Positions 16,579-30,705 of a stretch of DNA of 64,000 bases are shown here, one piece after another; position 1 is the stretch's first letter, and each line of letters opens with the position of its first letter. Below the pieces are notes generated by a model. The model saw only the letters and a program-made list of their open reading frames with translations. It made no database searches and had not been told where the DNA came from. This stretch comes from the human T2T-CHM13v2.0 reference genome, Homo sapiens: assembly GCF_009914755.1 (NCBI RefSeq), contig NC_060937.1; one strand, written 5' to 3'. A program made the translations under genes and the position numbers.

Positions 16579-17343
16579 TTTTTTTTTTATTTCAATAGCT
16601 TTAGGAGTACAAGTGGTTTTTGGTTACATGGATGAATTATACAGCAGTGAAGTCTGGGCTTTTAGTGTACCTGTCACCTGAATAGTGTACATTTTACCCA
16701 ATAGGCAATTTTTTATTCCTCACTTCCTTTCTCACCATCCCCCCTTCTGAGTCTCCAGTGTCCATTATACCACTCTGCCTTTGTGTACCCATAGCGTACC
16801 TCCCACTTACAAGTGAGAACATGCGGTTTTTGTTTTTCATTCCTGAGTTATTTCACTTAGGATAATGGAATCTGGTTCTATCCAAGTTGCTGCAAAAGAT
16901 GCTATTTCATTCTTTCTTTTGGTTGAGTAGCATTCTATGGTATGTATGTGCTACATTTTCTTTATCCACTCATTGGTTAATGGGAACGTAGGTTGATTCC
17001 ATATCTTTGCAATTGTGAATTGTGCTGCAATAAACATATATGTGCCTTTTTGGTATGATGACTCTTTTTCCTTTGGGTGGATACCCAGAAGTGGGATTAC
17101 TGGATCAAATGGTAGATCTACTTTTAGGTCTTTGAGAAATCTCCACGTTTTCCATAGAGATTGTACTACTTTGCATTCCCACTAGCAGTGTATAAGCATA
17201 CCCTTTTCACTACATCCACATCAGTAGCTTTTGTTTTTTGACTTTTTAATAATGGCCATTCTGCCTGGGGTATCTCATAGTGGTTTTAATTTGCATTTCT
17301 CTGATTAATAATGTTAATCATTTCTCCTATGATTTTTGGCTAC
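16579..17343 (-). mobile_element. L1PB (L1PB1-like) 5'-truncated copy inserted in the ERV
   Basis: T-tail followed by 'ttatttcaatagc...ggttacatggatgaattatac'; TSD caaatgtaact at 16568-16578 and 17344-17354. Confidence 0.9.
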
Positions 17344-19205
17344 CAAATGTAACTCTTAAGGCTGTTTCTACTCTGAATCCTTTCTACCCTCCTACCAGGG
17401 AAACTCCAGCTTCCTGTTCATGATTGCATTCAAATAATTGATCAAGTTTACTCTAGCAGACTGGACCTCACAGACTTGCCAGTGACAGAACCTGATGAAG
17501 AGTTCTTCACTGATGGAAAAAATTTTGTGGAACAAGGAGTCAGAGGGGCCAGGTATGCTGTAGTTACTGCTCAGCAGGTAATCGAAGTGCAGGCCCTCCC
17601 CCAAGGGACGTGCACCCAAAGGGCTGAGCTTTATTTAGCCAGAGTTCTACATCTGGGTAAGGGAAAACAATTCAATGTTTCACCCAAATATGCTTTTCTA
17701 ATGGCCCATTTTCATGGGGTAATTTCAAAGGAAAGGGGCCTCCCTCATTTTCAATAACAAATAAAGCATGGTCCTCAAATGTCTGTATTATTAGAAACAG
17801 AAAAATGCCCAGAGAAATAACAATTGTTCACTGTCAAGGACACCAGAAGGCAGGCACTCATGTTGCACAAGGAAATATGAAGGCTAGCCTAGCTAGGCGA
17901 AAAAGGCGGTCAGGGAACCCGCTACCTGGATGGCTCTTGTTCCCACTCTGTTTGGAGACCCATTGCCCAAGATATTTGGAGGCTGATCTTAAGAGAGATG
18001 AGGAATGGGGGTTTTCTAAACATGCCAACCATCAGTGGCTTAAAGAAATAAAAATTCCCCTTCCAAAAACTTTGATTAGACTGATTCTTGAGAAAATCCA
18101 TCAAAACACTCATTATGGGTGCAAGGCTACTCTACACTGGATACAGTCTTATCTTTTTGGGCCTGACTTGCAATGAACAATACAAACCATAGTCCAAAGT
18201 TGCCCTATCTGCGTGAAAAATAACCCAAAGCTCCTGGAAGGCACGAAAGCTCCTTTTAAACAAGGAACTCAATGGAGAAGTACTAATCCTAGATAAGTCT
18301 CATAATCAGATTTCACCATAATGCCCCTGGCCCCTGGATTGTTTTTGATATTTGTTGGTTTTGGTTGATATCTTTACACAGGCTGGGTTGAGGCTTATGC
18401 CGCCAGGCCTGAGAAATCTACTGAAGTTGTAAAAGCTCTAATAGAGAAAATAATTCCTTGATATGGACTCCTAAGAACTCTAATGAATAGGACATTAAAG
18501 ACGCCTCTAAAATTTGCCAAGAGACAAATCTTCCCTGGGAAAAGAACTTTCCCCTTGCCCTGCTGAGGATATGGCTAGCCCTGCCAGAAGTGGATTGGCT
18601 CTTAGCTCCTTTGAAATATTATATGGGAGACCATTTCCCTGACTCCGAGACTCCCTGTCACTTGAGGATTTTTCCTCCCTTGAAACAGAAGCTAAGTCAC
18701 ATATAAAACAGTTAGGAAATACACTAAGTATATTGACTAGTCCGTCTGAGTTTGTTTCCAACAGACTCCACTTCCTTACGGACATGCCTCTCTACTCTTT
18801 GAAACCAGGAACCAAGTCTTGCTGAAGACCTAGAAATCCTGCCAGGCAGAAGACCAGCTGCAACCACAATGGGTCAGCCCTTTTGAGGTGCTGCTGACCA
18901 CTCAACTTATCTGTCAGGTTAGCCAGTGTTAAGCCATGGATTCACCAATCAGTCCCTCTGTGATCCCTCCAGGGAAAATAGTCATGGTCTCGTGAACCCT
19001 CCCACAGCCTTAAGTTAATATTCAAAGCTCAGCCAAAGAAACCTACATAAGAAATCATAAAGGAAACATGTGCTTTTCAGGTTGTTATTGTTCTCCAGAT
19101 CCTTCCTGCTCCTGGATGGATGACTCATTAATTTATATTTCACAAACTCTTGCTTCATTGGCCAATTATTGCCACTGTTATATATGTCACTCAAAACCCC
19201 AATAT

Positions 19206-19509
19206 GGCTGGGTGTGGTGGGCTCATGCCTGTAATCCCAGCATTTTGGGAGGCCAAGGCTGGTGGATCACCTGAGGTCAGGAGTTCGAGACCAGTCTGGT
19301 CAATGTGGTGAAACCCTGTCTCTACTAAAAATACAAAAATTAGCCAGCTGTGCTGGCATGCACCTGTAATTCCGGCTACTTGGGAGGCTGCAGCAGGAGA
19401 ATCACTTGAACCCAGGAAGCGAGGTTGCAGTGAGCCAAGATTGTGCCACTGCACTCCAGCCTGGGCAACAATAAAACTCTGGGTCGAACAAAACAAAACA
19501 AAACAAAAC
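19206..19509 (+). mobile_element. AluS (Sq/Sx-like) inserted in the ERV env region
   Basis: Full Alu with (AAAAC)n tail; approximate TSD caaaacccc(c)aat. Confidence 0.95.
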
Positions 19510-21857
19510 CAAAACCCCCAATCTGCTCTAGACCATAGCGACCCCTTAATCCAACCACTTCATAGCTTTTTGCATGTCCCTACCTGCACATTTGAACATC
19601 TGAAGACCCCTAAAAGAACAGTGTACTGAGCATGCCTTATATGAAAAGCCTTTTAGGGACTACGAAGTCCCCCTGTTTCCTAGAAGAAGGCAAGTGCCTC
19701 TTTTCCCTTGATGGTGACCTGAACAGCACTCCATTTGATTGGGATGTGATGAATCAGGAAGACTTGTGGGTAGGCATAAGATTGTTCTCTTGGATTCCCA
19801 CAGGGGATCCCCTCCATACTCTCCGTTATCTTAAAATTTGGGTTATCTATATTATTGATCATCCTAGTTCAATGTGGCTTAAGATGCTGTTCTAAAACCA
19901 TTAATAAAAGTATGCTCAACTTTAGTTGAGCTGGGAGATGGATTTGAGACTTGCCTCCTGTCTCTCTGGCTGACATCCCCGGCAATAAAGCCTTCCTTCC
20001 CTGGCAGTACTCATCGTCTCAGTGATTGGCATTCTCTGTGACAAGCCACTGGGCCTAGGCTGAACCCCTGGTGTTCAGCAACACAATCTTAACAATATTT
20101 AACTGAATACTTTAGGAAAATTTACATGTTAGTGGCTCGAATGTCTCCTTGACCCTCCCTCTGCCACTTATATTCAGGCCTAAGCACCCCTCTTTTGGGG
20201 GAAATATGAGGATGCCATTATAGTACTGGGGTTATAAGCACAGGGACTTTCAGGAACCAGGTGGGTCACAGTGAAATACATTTCCACAGAAACTGTGGAC
20301 TTGGCTCAATAAATAGAGCCATTTATAGTCACTCAAGGCCCCCACGTCCTGAACCTCAATCCATGCATGGTTTTATAACCCTTGCTTGTGCAGGAGAAGA
20401 CAGCAATTGGAGAAATGCTTCAGATGGTCTTCAGTCTCCATGCGCTGAGTCATTTTTCCAGACTGGGAGAAGCTGAGTTCCATCAGCCGAGGCTCTTCAG
20501 GGTCATCAGGATCCAGGGACTGTACACATTACTGCTCCTTAGGGGCAGAGGTACTATTGTACACAGACTTCAGGGTATTGGCTGATATGTCTCAGAGCCA
20601 GAGGCCACACCAGGAACCACAGAGGGAGTCAATTATGTATCCATATTTTGATACACCCCTTAACAAAAATAACCACTTGAAGCACTTTAAACTCTTCCAG
20701 GTATAATGTATTTCAAGCAGCAAACCTAACAGGCATTTTCCTTTATACAACCTGGCAGAAACATTACGTCAACCTAAAGTACACTCTTAGAAAAAAACCA
20801 TCACATTTAATTAGGCATGTCTTGCCTATGCAGATTTTCAAGTACACTGCCAATGCAGACTTTCAAGTTCTCTGTCAAGACCAAATCTCCTAATTCCAAT
20901 CTCATGAAGGGACCTTTCTCTGGACTCATCTCTAGGGATAGCCTGACAGTGTGGTTTTATTTGTGAGTGCCCCTGCCAGTCACAAGCAGGCCTTTGAGGG
21001 CATGCTCCACATTGCTGCAGGAGGGCAGGCTCTGGGTAGACCTAAGAGGACCTGATGTCCAAACCTGGCTCTGCCTCTCAAGGGCTATGTGATACAGGGC
21101 AGACCTCTTCACCTTGCTAAAGGCAGTGTCTTCTGTAGAAAGGGCACTATATGTCTAACTCACAGGAATGTTGGATAGTGCACATTTAGTACAGGGACAC
21201 AGGCAACATTCAACAGATTTTATTCTTATAAAATAAAGTCCTACAGTTACTAAGAGGCACAGGAGGGGCTTGCTTAACTCATGCTCTTGTGCTATCTTTG
21301 TTTTCATTTGAACAGTTTTTAATGTAAAACAAAATATACAGAAAAATGCATAAATCTAGGCAGTTTAGCAAATACTTGTAAAGACAGCACTTGTGTGAAT
21401 TTTCAAGGAAAGGACAACATTACTGATATCCAAGGAGTCTCTTGTAGGTCCCACCCCTCCGTTTACTTCCCTCTCTGCCCCTCCCCTGCCTGCCCTGACC
21501 CCCTCCTCTCACACAGCGTCCAAATAGACTAGAGCTGGCTTGGCTTTTGGAAAAAGCCTTCTCTGGCAGTGAGCAGCAATCCCTGTAGCACAGGATGCTG
21601 AGCACTGGAGGATGGCAGAGGCGCTAACAGACGAGCCTACCTGCCCTCCCATTTCCACCTCCCACACAGAAGTGCATCAGTGCCCCACAGGCCACGGCCT
21701 CCCTCCAGGGCTAAGGGATAGCTGTGTGTGCTGAGAGGAACAGGCACCCAGGGGAGTCGGGGTGCAACCGCTTTTTATTTCTATGTTTCCTGACAATCTG
21801 TCTTTCCTAACCCCTTCAGAGACCAAATTCCGTTGCTTCTTTTTCTCCTGATGCCTC

Positions 21858-23020
21858 TGATGGCAGTGACTGCTACCATCATTCCGGCTGCAGCAGGGAG
21901 GTGCAGCTGGAGCTGCATATTCCATAGAGCCGGGGTAGGGGGGTCCTGCCCCTTCTGAGTTTGGAGGGGAGCTCTCTGTGCCACTGCAGCTGCCTAAACC
22001 ACAGGTGCAGACCCAGGCCTCCTGCTCTGCGGAGCAGGTACAGCTGCCCAAACTGCGGCTGTGGATTGGTGCCTCCCTGTGCTCCTGGGGGAGCTTGGGA
22101 ACAGGCGGGATCTGCCTTCCTGCCACAGATGCAGACCTGGACCTCCCACTCCATGAAGCAGGCAGGAGACTGGGACAAGTGGTAGCCCTGCCTCTTCTAA
22201 GTTGGCGGGGTGGGAGCTCCCGGGTGCAGCTGTGGCTGTCCTCCCAGGCACAGGACCTGGGCATCTCTGCAGCCTGCACCCTCGGGGGCCCCAGGAAGGA
22301 ACTCCCCTCAACCCCACCATCCCTGCAGGCTCGGGGGTGTCTGCTCCCACTGCCTGGCCTCTCTACTCTGGGCGCCTGCTCAGATATCTGAAAGGGTGAT
22401 TGGGGCAGAGCCCTAGGGCCATGAATGACAGCAGGAGGCAGATTGATTTCTGGCCAGAAGTGGGTGGGTGCCCAGTAAGGCCCCACCTTCAGGCCAGAGA
22501 GAGCCTGAAGGTTGGGGGCCTGGCTGCCAGTCCTGCTGACTGGAGCGGGGACTCATGTTGCCTCTTCCATGGCCACCCATGGATCAACTGGCATGCACTT
22601 CCTCCCCTCTGAGGTCCGTAAAAGCCATAAGCTCAGCCAGAGCAGGGCAGAAGATGACCAGAAGCAGAAGAGGGCAGAGAGATGGGACCACCAGCTGCAG
22701 AGATGACTTGCCAGCAGAGGGGAGCTGCTCTGTCTGCTTAGAGTTTCAGAGACCTGCAGAGACCTCTGAATGACTTGCCTGTGGAGATGAGCCATTCTCT
22801 CTAGGGCCTCCTCTCTGATGAGAACCCAACACTGGACAACCTGCTAACAGAGAGGAGCTACCCACTCCTCTGAGCTGTTCTAACACTAAGTAAAACAGTT
22901 CCTCTTCTTTGCCCTTCACTTGTCTGTGTTCCTGGAAGCAGGACGAGAACTCAGGCAAAGACACCACAGCCACAGAGGTTTCCGGCCAGAAAAATTGACA
23001 CCCCAGAGATCCTGTGAACA
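21858..23020 (+). mobile_element. MER52 LTR (5' LTR of an ERV1 provirus)
   Basis: Begins 'tgatggcagtg...ccggctgcagcagggagg', GC-rich, ends 'gagatcctgtgaaca'; followed by a primer-binding site. Confidence 0.88.
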
Positions 23021-25260
23021 TTTTGGGGGCTTGTTCAGGATCTGTAGAAGGGTAAAAACGATTCTGTCCTGTTTTTTGGAGTCTCTAAACTCCACAATAG
23101 TCAAAATGAAGGAAAAATACCGGGCCTCTGTCAGCCAGTTAAAAGTGACTAGAGCAGTTGCAGGACTTAAGACACAGAGGACAGGCTTGCTGGGGAGGAC
23201 GTTGTCAATCCCCTATCACCCTTGGGTGTTGGGAATGTTGGCTTTGTTCCAACCCAATTTCCCTTCCTGGAGGTCTACCCATTGCATGGGACTGGAAGGA
23301 GGTCCTGGGGCAACTGAGGGTATCTGGCCAAGGCCATACCTCAGTATTATCCAAAGGCCTCTGAACTAACTCCAGTCCCCAACTGCCCGTCGGCACTAGG
23401 ACCTCCAGTCTTTCCTATTGTTGTTTATTTCTTGCTTTCTTTGGTGGCTGTTGTGGTTCCTATCTCTTTTCTATACAGTGTTAAATGTTAAGGATGTTTG
23501 TTGAAAACCAGGGATGTTACTGCCTAGAATGAGCATTTAGCTTAGTCATTGAAAGTATAAAATAGAAGATTGAGTAACACAAAGTGGAGTGTGCCTTGGT
23601 GTCTGTAAGTAAACTCGTGGTAAAAATGTCCTTGTAGTTTACTTGGTTGCCAACTTAGTGCCAAGCACCTTGAGGCACAGAAAAGAAGCATTGCCTCAGG
23701 AAGGAAGCTTTTCTGTAAACACGAGGGCAAATGGTCCAAGGTCCCCCATGTGCAGGCCTTCTTTGCCTTGCAGTGTAACCCTAACCCAGACCTTTGCTGA
23801 CATTGTAGGATTGATTCAGCCCTCTTAGTGGCCATCTCAGGAGAGGTTACAAGGGCAATCCCAGGGAAGTAGGGAAGCAAACTCCAGAGCTACCTCCAGC
23901 AGGGGAATCAATCTTCTCTGCTCCTCCCTATCCAGGTTATCTTTCAAGTTTACCCCAGCCTAGGAATCCTGGTTTTAGGCAGGTCCCAGTCTCAACTGCC
24001 CCTACAACAGAGGCCTGGTGAATATGGCCCCATTAAGGTCCAGAGGTCACCCTTTCTCTTCAGGACTTAAGGCAAATTAAGGGGGATCTTGGCAGGTTTT
24101 CAGACAGCCCTGATAGGTATATAGAGGCTTTCTAGAACTTAACCCAAGTATTTAAACTCTTCTGGAAGGATGGCCATGTTCCTTTTTGAATCAAACCCTG
24201 AAAAGTAGGCCCTTCTCAGCAAGTGGGAAAGAATGTTGGGAATGAGTTTTATTTACATCTTGTATAGGGCCAGGGAAGGGGCGGAACATTATCCAGTTGG
24301 AAGAATAGCAGTACCATTGGAGGACCCTAATGGGACCCCAGTGATGAAGTGGGACAATGGAAGGAAAAACTCTCAGGTGTGTATATTAGAAGGCTTGTGA
24401 GGGACTGGGACTGGGCCTCTCAATTGCACTGGGCTATCCATGGTAGATCAGGGATTGGATGGGAGTTCCAGTATCTTCCTGGAAAGGCTAACAGGAGTCT
24501 TGGTAAACACACCCCTCTATCTCCTGATTCAATAGAGGGACAGCTGGTCCTAGATCAGGCAGCCCCTCGTATCAGGAGGAAGCTGCAGAAAGAGGCCATA
24601 GAATCAGGTAGTACCTCCTGAAAGTGGCCACCTTGGTCTTGTACAATAGGAATCAGGAGGCCCAAGAGAGGGAAAGGCGACTCAAGAAAAAGGCAGAGGC
24701 TGTAATAGCCATATTGCAGGCTCACAAACCCCAGAATTCTTAAGAAGCACCTGTTGACCTCTGCAAATGTAAACCACTGGAGGGCAGACTATTCCCAAGA
24801 CATGGGTTGCTGGGTCCAGGGCCAGTGTCCCAAATGGAGCAGCAGGGCTGATGGGTTCCAGGGTTCCTTTTCCTGGCTTTGGTGATTCAGATCATCATTG
24901 CCATTTAGGAGCCCTGGGTGATTCTGGGGATTGAGGGGAGGAGGATGGACCTCTTCGACTCTAGTGGGCCTTCCAATTCTCCTCTCCGACCTATGCCCTC
25001 CTTTTAGCATTACCGTGAGGGGGTCAGGAAAAGGTCAACCTCTTAGTTGTCACCTTCTTAGGCCGGGTCCCCAATTCCTGGGACTCCCTTTATCTCCCTT
25101 GTTTGAGGAGGACCTGGTCCCACAGCTTCACCTGCTTGTGTTAGGGAGGCAACAGAGAGTGGCCCCTACCCGTTGCTAGATGCAATTTAGCAAGGGCCAT
25201 CTAGGACTAATTTAAAGGGTTCATACACCCTTCTGAGGTACCTTTTTATCGCAACACCTC
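23021..25260 (+). mobile_element. ERV1 internal (HUERS-P/MER52-int-like): tRNA-Pro PBS, leader, decayed gag and pro stub; no 3' LTR seen
   Basis: PBS 'tgggggcttgttcaggat' (23024-23041) resembles TGGGGGCTCGTCCGGGAT; gag peptide QDLRQIKGDLGRFSDSPDRYIEAF*NLTQVF from 24061. 3' boundary approximate. Confidence 0.8.
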
Positions 25261-27084
25261 TAGGGTCTTTCCCCTGGCCCCTAGCAGCATGCTTGCAGAG
25301 AGGCATGGCAGCTTGTCTTTAGGTAGATTGCTTATGTTTCAGATAGAAAACGAAATCCTTGTCAGACATACTATTGAATCTATCCTTGAGTGTATGAATT
25401 CTCAAGTTTGGTTGCATCTTGTTTAGACTTTGTTCTCAAGTATTTAAAAAATGGCTGGCTTTGTTCTTTAGGATAACAAGCTCCTTTAGTTCGAAAAGCT
25501 TCCCACTTCATTTGATGATTCAGTATTAATGTAGTGCCTCTGTGAATGCCAGGGCAGGGTTGGGAGCGCAAGGCCGAGGTCCTGCCATTTGGAGTAAGAT
25601 TTTCCAGACAGGGCAGGGCTGGGCTGTGAATCTATCAAGACCACCCTGGCCCCTTGCCCTGTGCACAATCCCCAGCAGTCACTTCACAAACATGTTGGTT
25701 TAATTCAACTTCAGGACCTCCTGGGTGACTTGAAACAGGAGATTCTGGGTCACTTCTGGCTGGATAGTGACCCTGATGGTATAAATCTTTGATTTTGGGA
25801 ATTCTGTAGGAAGTAATCTTAAGAATTTAATATGGCAAATCCCTCATTCTCATGACCCATCCAGGTAGCACTTCTACAAAGGCACAGTGAGACAGGTGAC
25901 ACACCAGCTGTCTGCATACAGCCATGTAAGCCTCTGAGGGACAAGAACCAGGCAGGGGTGCCAACCCTGCCCAAAGCATCAGGAGGCTCAGGGAAGCCAC
26001 CCAGGGGAGTCCTGGCATCAAGGTCAATGTTTGAGCATTCACTCCAGTATATCCTGGGCACACCTAATAATTACTCAGAGACATCAATCTAAATGAGGGC
26101 TTTTTTGAGGAACAAAAGCCTTAAGCTACAGTAAATTCTTAGTAAAAACCTACTGGGTTAAAGTTGAGTTATTTAAGGATATACTTTTTTGGCATTAAGA
26201 CAGCTTAAAATGGAATTCAGATCATTTACCAGATATGTTGGCAATAACCAATAACCCACAAAATATTTGGATTCTTACTATATGTGAGTCTGCATTTCAG
26301 TAGCTGAAAGCTTAAGCTTAGAGGTAGTGAGATAATGTATCCAAATGCAAAATGATTTTTCTGTGTAACTACGGAAAGTACCATGATGCTTTTTCCAAGG
26401 GCCCACAGAGACTGTCAAGTCTATTAAAAATGGGGTTGGTGAATTGTATTTTGTTGTTTCCCTATATTATCTTCCTATTAATTTAGCAAATAAGGAAGTT
26501 AAAGACCTCTTTAGTGAATTAAATATCTTGTTAATGTTACTGTATGATCTTTTACATAGTCAAGACCAAGCCAAAACAAACAAAGACAGATATGGGGCAA
26601 CCACATTTTATCTCATTAGTGAACAATGGAAGGCATCCAGAGAGGAGGCCAGAGCACTCTACCATAATAGAGTTGCCTTTGATTTGAAATAGAATTTATT
26701 TTCTAACATCAAACATTCCAACTCACTTGGTGAAGGGGAAGAAGGTGGTCATCAAGACAAAAATTTGACAGTATTTAGATTTCCAAGTTACATGCTGGTG
26801 TGTAGTGTCACTACAGAATTTGTAGTGTATAATAGTAGCAGTTAAATCTTATTCTTTATACCACCTGAAACACGTAATCTTACATGAGTTTGTGCAAACA
26901 GGAGCATATGTGTTTATGAAATAAAGTCTACATTAAGAGTATGTGGGGAGCAGGAGAGGAGGGAACAAAATGCCGAAGACAGAGACAAGAGAGCAAACGG
27001 AATTAAGTGCTTTTCGATATAGTTGGAAAGCAGAGGAGATGTGTGCTGGTGGTAGGTGGTAGGTGGTAAAGTTAAAAAACAATT

Positions 27085-27300
27085 AGAGAGGTAAGCCAGG
27101 ACTGGATCCAGGGCTGGATTTTGGCTTGTAAGCCAAAATAAGGAATTTGGACTTCATCCTAAGAGCAATGGGGGACTTTTAAGCCATTTTCAATAGGGAA
27201 GAGACATAATCAGATTTGCATTTTGCAGAGATACTTTGATCTGCATTGTGGAGAATAGACTGGAGTGGCAAGGGACAGGGAGCTGTGGGTGCAATTGGAA
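27085..27300 (-). mobile_element. L2 fragment
   Basis: 'aaggaatttggacttcatcctaagagcaatggggg...cataatcagatttgcatttt...tgtggagaatagactggag'. Confidence 0.7.
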
Positions 27301-28506
27301 GAGCATCACAGTTGAAAATGTTAAGAGGATATGTGCTCTCCTTCAATGTCCACATTTCTGGAAATCACATACTAAGAAGACGAAGTCCTCTTGATAAACT
27401 TTATCCAGTGGATCCTGACTTCAGGATGGAAAAAGACTCTGTCATAGGCTCTTGCTGCAATGCTGTCCAGCGTCTGTCCAGAACATAGATAGGATTTAGG
27501 ATATGATCATTGTGTGCATGACTACTTCTCAAAGTGTCTTTGAATCAAATAGGTTGTATGTTAAGGATAACAAACCCTGATGTCTTTTGATATTTCTGGC
27601 AAGTAAGTAGTAGCCCAAGAGCCAGGAATCTTCATAATCTCCAAGTCTGGCTGAATGGTTGAATTCATGGCTTATTTTCGCTTTGAAAAAAGTTGGATTT
27701 CTCAGTAGGATGAACTTACCGTAACTAGGAAGGCTTGTGTTTTCTAGCCATGTTTTGAAAGACTGAGGAATGCTGAGAGAGAACATGAGAAAAGGTCACC
27801 CCAAGACAATGTAAAAGTTTGGGATCGAAGGCTTTCTTCAGTCGAGGAGTATAGCATTCATTTTAAGGCTTTTTTTTTTTTTTAAGTTTCAAGGTGCACT
27901 GACAGTATACACTGTGTTTGGGTTCTGATGTACACTACTACCTATATTATGTAAATATTTATGATATATATCCTAGGAATCATTGGTAAGAATGATCTAA
28001 AATGCTACAGTAGCTTTCTTCATACTTTAAAAATCATTCTGCTTTCAGTTCTTCAATTACCCACAATATATCGTTCTACTCTCTTGATTCCTAAGGGAAA
28101 TCACTGAAGAGGAAACTTGTTTGGATTTATTTTGAGAAGACAGACTTTTAGGACATAATTTGGCACCGAAGAGACATCCACAAAAACCAAAGCTGTATTG
28201 AGCTACCTATTCTGTTTTCTCCAAAACTCCATTTTTAAACTTTAATAAACACAATTTGTCTACCTAAAATAAGAATGGCTAGAGAGGTTCTAACTGTTGT
28301 ACTCACTCACTAAAGGTGTATCTTTAGGCCACTTGGTTTTTTTCCTTTCATGGCGTTTCAGTCCACCTCAGTGGGACGGACTCATGCACCAATGTCCAGA
28401 ACACTTCTACTGGCCGTTGGTTCATGTCTGCAAAACTGGCTTCAGTTACCTCCTTCCTAAGAGTTAGTCATGCACAACACAGCTGATGTTGGTCAACTGA
28501 CTTTGA

Positions 28507-28916
<410 letters not shown>

Positions 28917-28944
28917 TGTCTATTCCTACTAGATTTTAATTGAA

Positions 28945-29500
28945 TATTTACTATAGAGCTGTATGGGTAATACTGTGTCAGGTAACATGAGAGGTCTAAA
29001 AGTAATCTAAGAACCATCCCTCTTGCCCTAAAAAACTTCCAACAGTTGAAACGATAAGACACATATGAAAAGTTAAATAATAAAAGGCTGTATACAACCA
29101 CAATAAATGAAGTTGATTTGGGGGAGTATGCAGTGAGGTGTGGGGAGGCCAGGTGCCTTTGAAGGAGAAATGAAGCAGGTGGGGTAATAAAGTGATTTAC
29201 AAGAAATTATGGCAGAAGAATGTTTTACAGGCAGAGGAGATGTTCTCCAGAAGACAGAAGAAACAGCAATATAAGCAAAATCAGAGATATGAGAGTGTTT
29301 TGTTGAGCATCAGACCTCACTGATAAGCTCTGAATTATTAGCATCACAGAGAGGGAGGAAGAGACAGGAGGTGACATTAGAAAGCTTGGACCAGATCACA
29401 AAAAATCAAAAAAATTCATGCCAAGGATTTAACTTGTTGACAATGGGGCTTCATCTAAGCTTTTAAGTGGGGAAATGTCACACAACTTATAAGATAGGCA
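28945..29500 (-). mobile_element. L2 fragment
   Basis: Purine-rich degenerate antisense L2 ('tgaatatttacta...', 'catgccaaggatttaacttg'). Confidence 0.5.
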
Positions 29501-30705
29501 TTTTTTATAAAAAAATTAAAAATAATTTAAAGTAATCAAAAGAAAGGAAAACATGACAAAATGAGGCTGCTGCGGTGTTAGACATCAGTGTCCTTTTCAT
29601 AGCTGAGAAGATCTCTATTCAATGCTGTTCAACATGCTAGGAAATACGATGGTAATGAAAACAGATAAGAAGTGCCCTTCACTGGGCTGTCTTTTTGGGG
29701 GTCCTGAATGTCTTCGGAGCAAGTGACCTAATGAGCTACAGAAGTCAGGAGACACAGAAACAGAAACATCAGTGTCAGGAGCTTTGAAGGGCCATGCAGA
29801 ACTGGCAGGTATTATACAGCAGAGTGCAGAGCTAACACTGCCTGAGGCTGACACCTCAGTGCCCCCTCTTGGTCTCTTTTGCCCCTACTTCTAATCATTA
29901 GAGCCACAAAGTTCTCAGGGTTTACCCTCTGCAGCTTTCTCGCAACTTCCTGGAAATCTAGATAAAATACTGAGGTTAGAATGTCAGTGGCCACTCCAAA
30001 CTCACCTGACAGATCACCGCAGAATAAGAACCGAAACCTGTGAGCTTTCCATAGTGTCATGAGGCCTTTGCCAGAGGTGTGAACTTCCGCCCGAGGGATT
30101 CTCCAGGAAACCTGAATTTCCAAATTCTGAACCTGCCTCTGTAGATTGCAGTGGTACTTTTCCCTCTTAACTTTAACCGACTTTGGAGTTCAACATCCTG
30201 TCTACCCCACCTTTGAGGCCCTTCTCCCTGTAAGCACTAGCTCTGTTAGCTGGGTCCTGCTGGCCTTCTGAAAAGGACAAAATGGGGGCCAGCAAGAAAC
30301 TCGGCCAGGTCATGGTTGGCAACAGGTTGGGCCTCAGGACACTGGGAGGGGCAGGTTAGGAAACAAAATGACTAGAGGTGGTCAGGGGAGTCTCGGGGTT
30401 GGCCTGAGGGCCTGCTCTATAGAGGTTTGCTTTAATCACAGGCACAAAATTGACCAAATATATTTGTCATTGGTGACTACGGCAAGAGTATGTATGGGAT
30501 GGGAGGCTGGAGAGACGCTCATTGTCACTCGTTGTATGAGGAATGGATAGGTATACATATTTTAGACTAAAAGGGGAAAGTTCGCCTCTAATTTCAAGCA
30601 GGAGCTTTTTATGTTAAAATGTAAACCTCATCCCCCACTTCCTGCCCTTTTTTTTTTTTTTTGTCCAACAGAGTCTTTCTGAGTTTGTATTTAGCTGTTG
30701 AGATT

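Larger units (their letters stand above)
15614..20083 (+). mobile_element. Decayed ERV1 (gamma-like) provirus: gag CA/NC, pro stub, RNase H, integrase, env remnants and 3' LTR end (MER66/MER4-group-like)
   Basis: Gag: INMTFIGQSMPDIQQKLQK and zinc knuckle CADCRKERH*NKDC (~16332). Protease FLIDAGTSY (~16533). RNase H FFTDG...YAVVT and VHCQGHQK. Integrase HQNTH...CPIC. Env SU-like CHCYICH (19068 ORF). LTR end 'caataaagcc...ctcagtgattggc...cagcaaca'. Confidence 0.88.

Noticed and set aside
21677-22486. 269-aa minus-strand ORF, the longest in the window
   Set aside because: Lies mostly within the GC-rich MER52 LTR; low-complexity P/S/R/G composition.
26200-27040. Unique AT-rich segment examined for coding exons
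   Set aside because: No convincing open exon with paired splice sites or a recognisable peptide.
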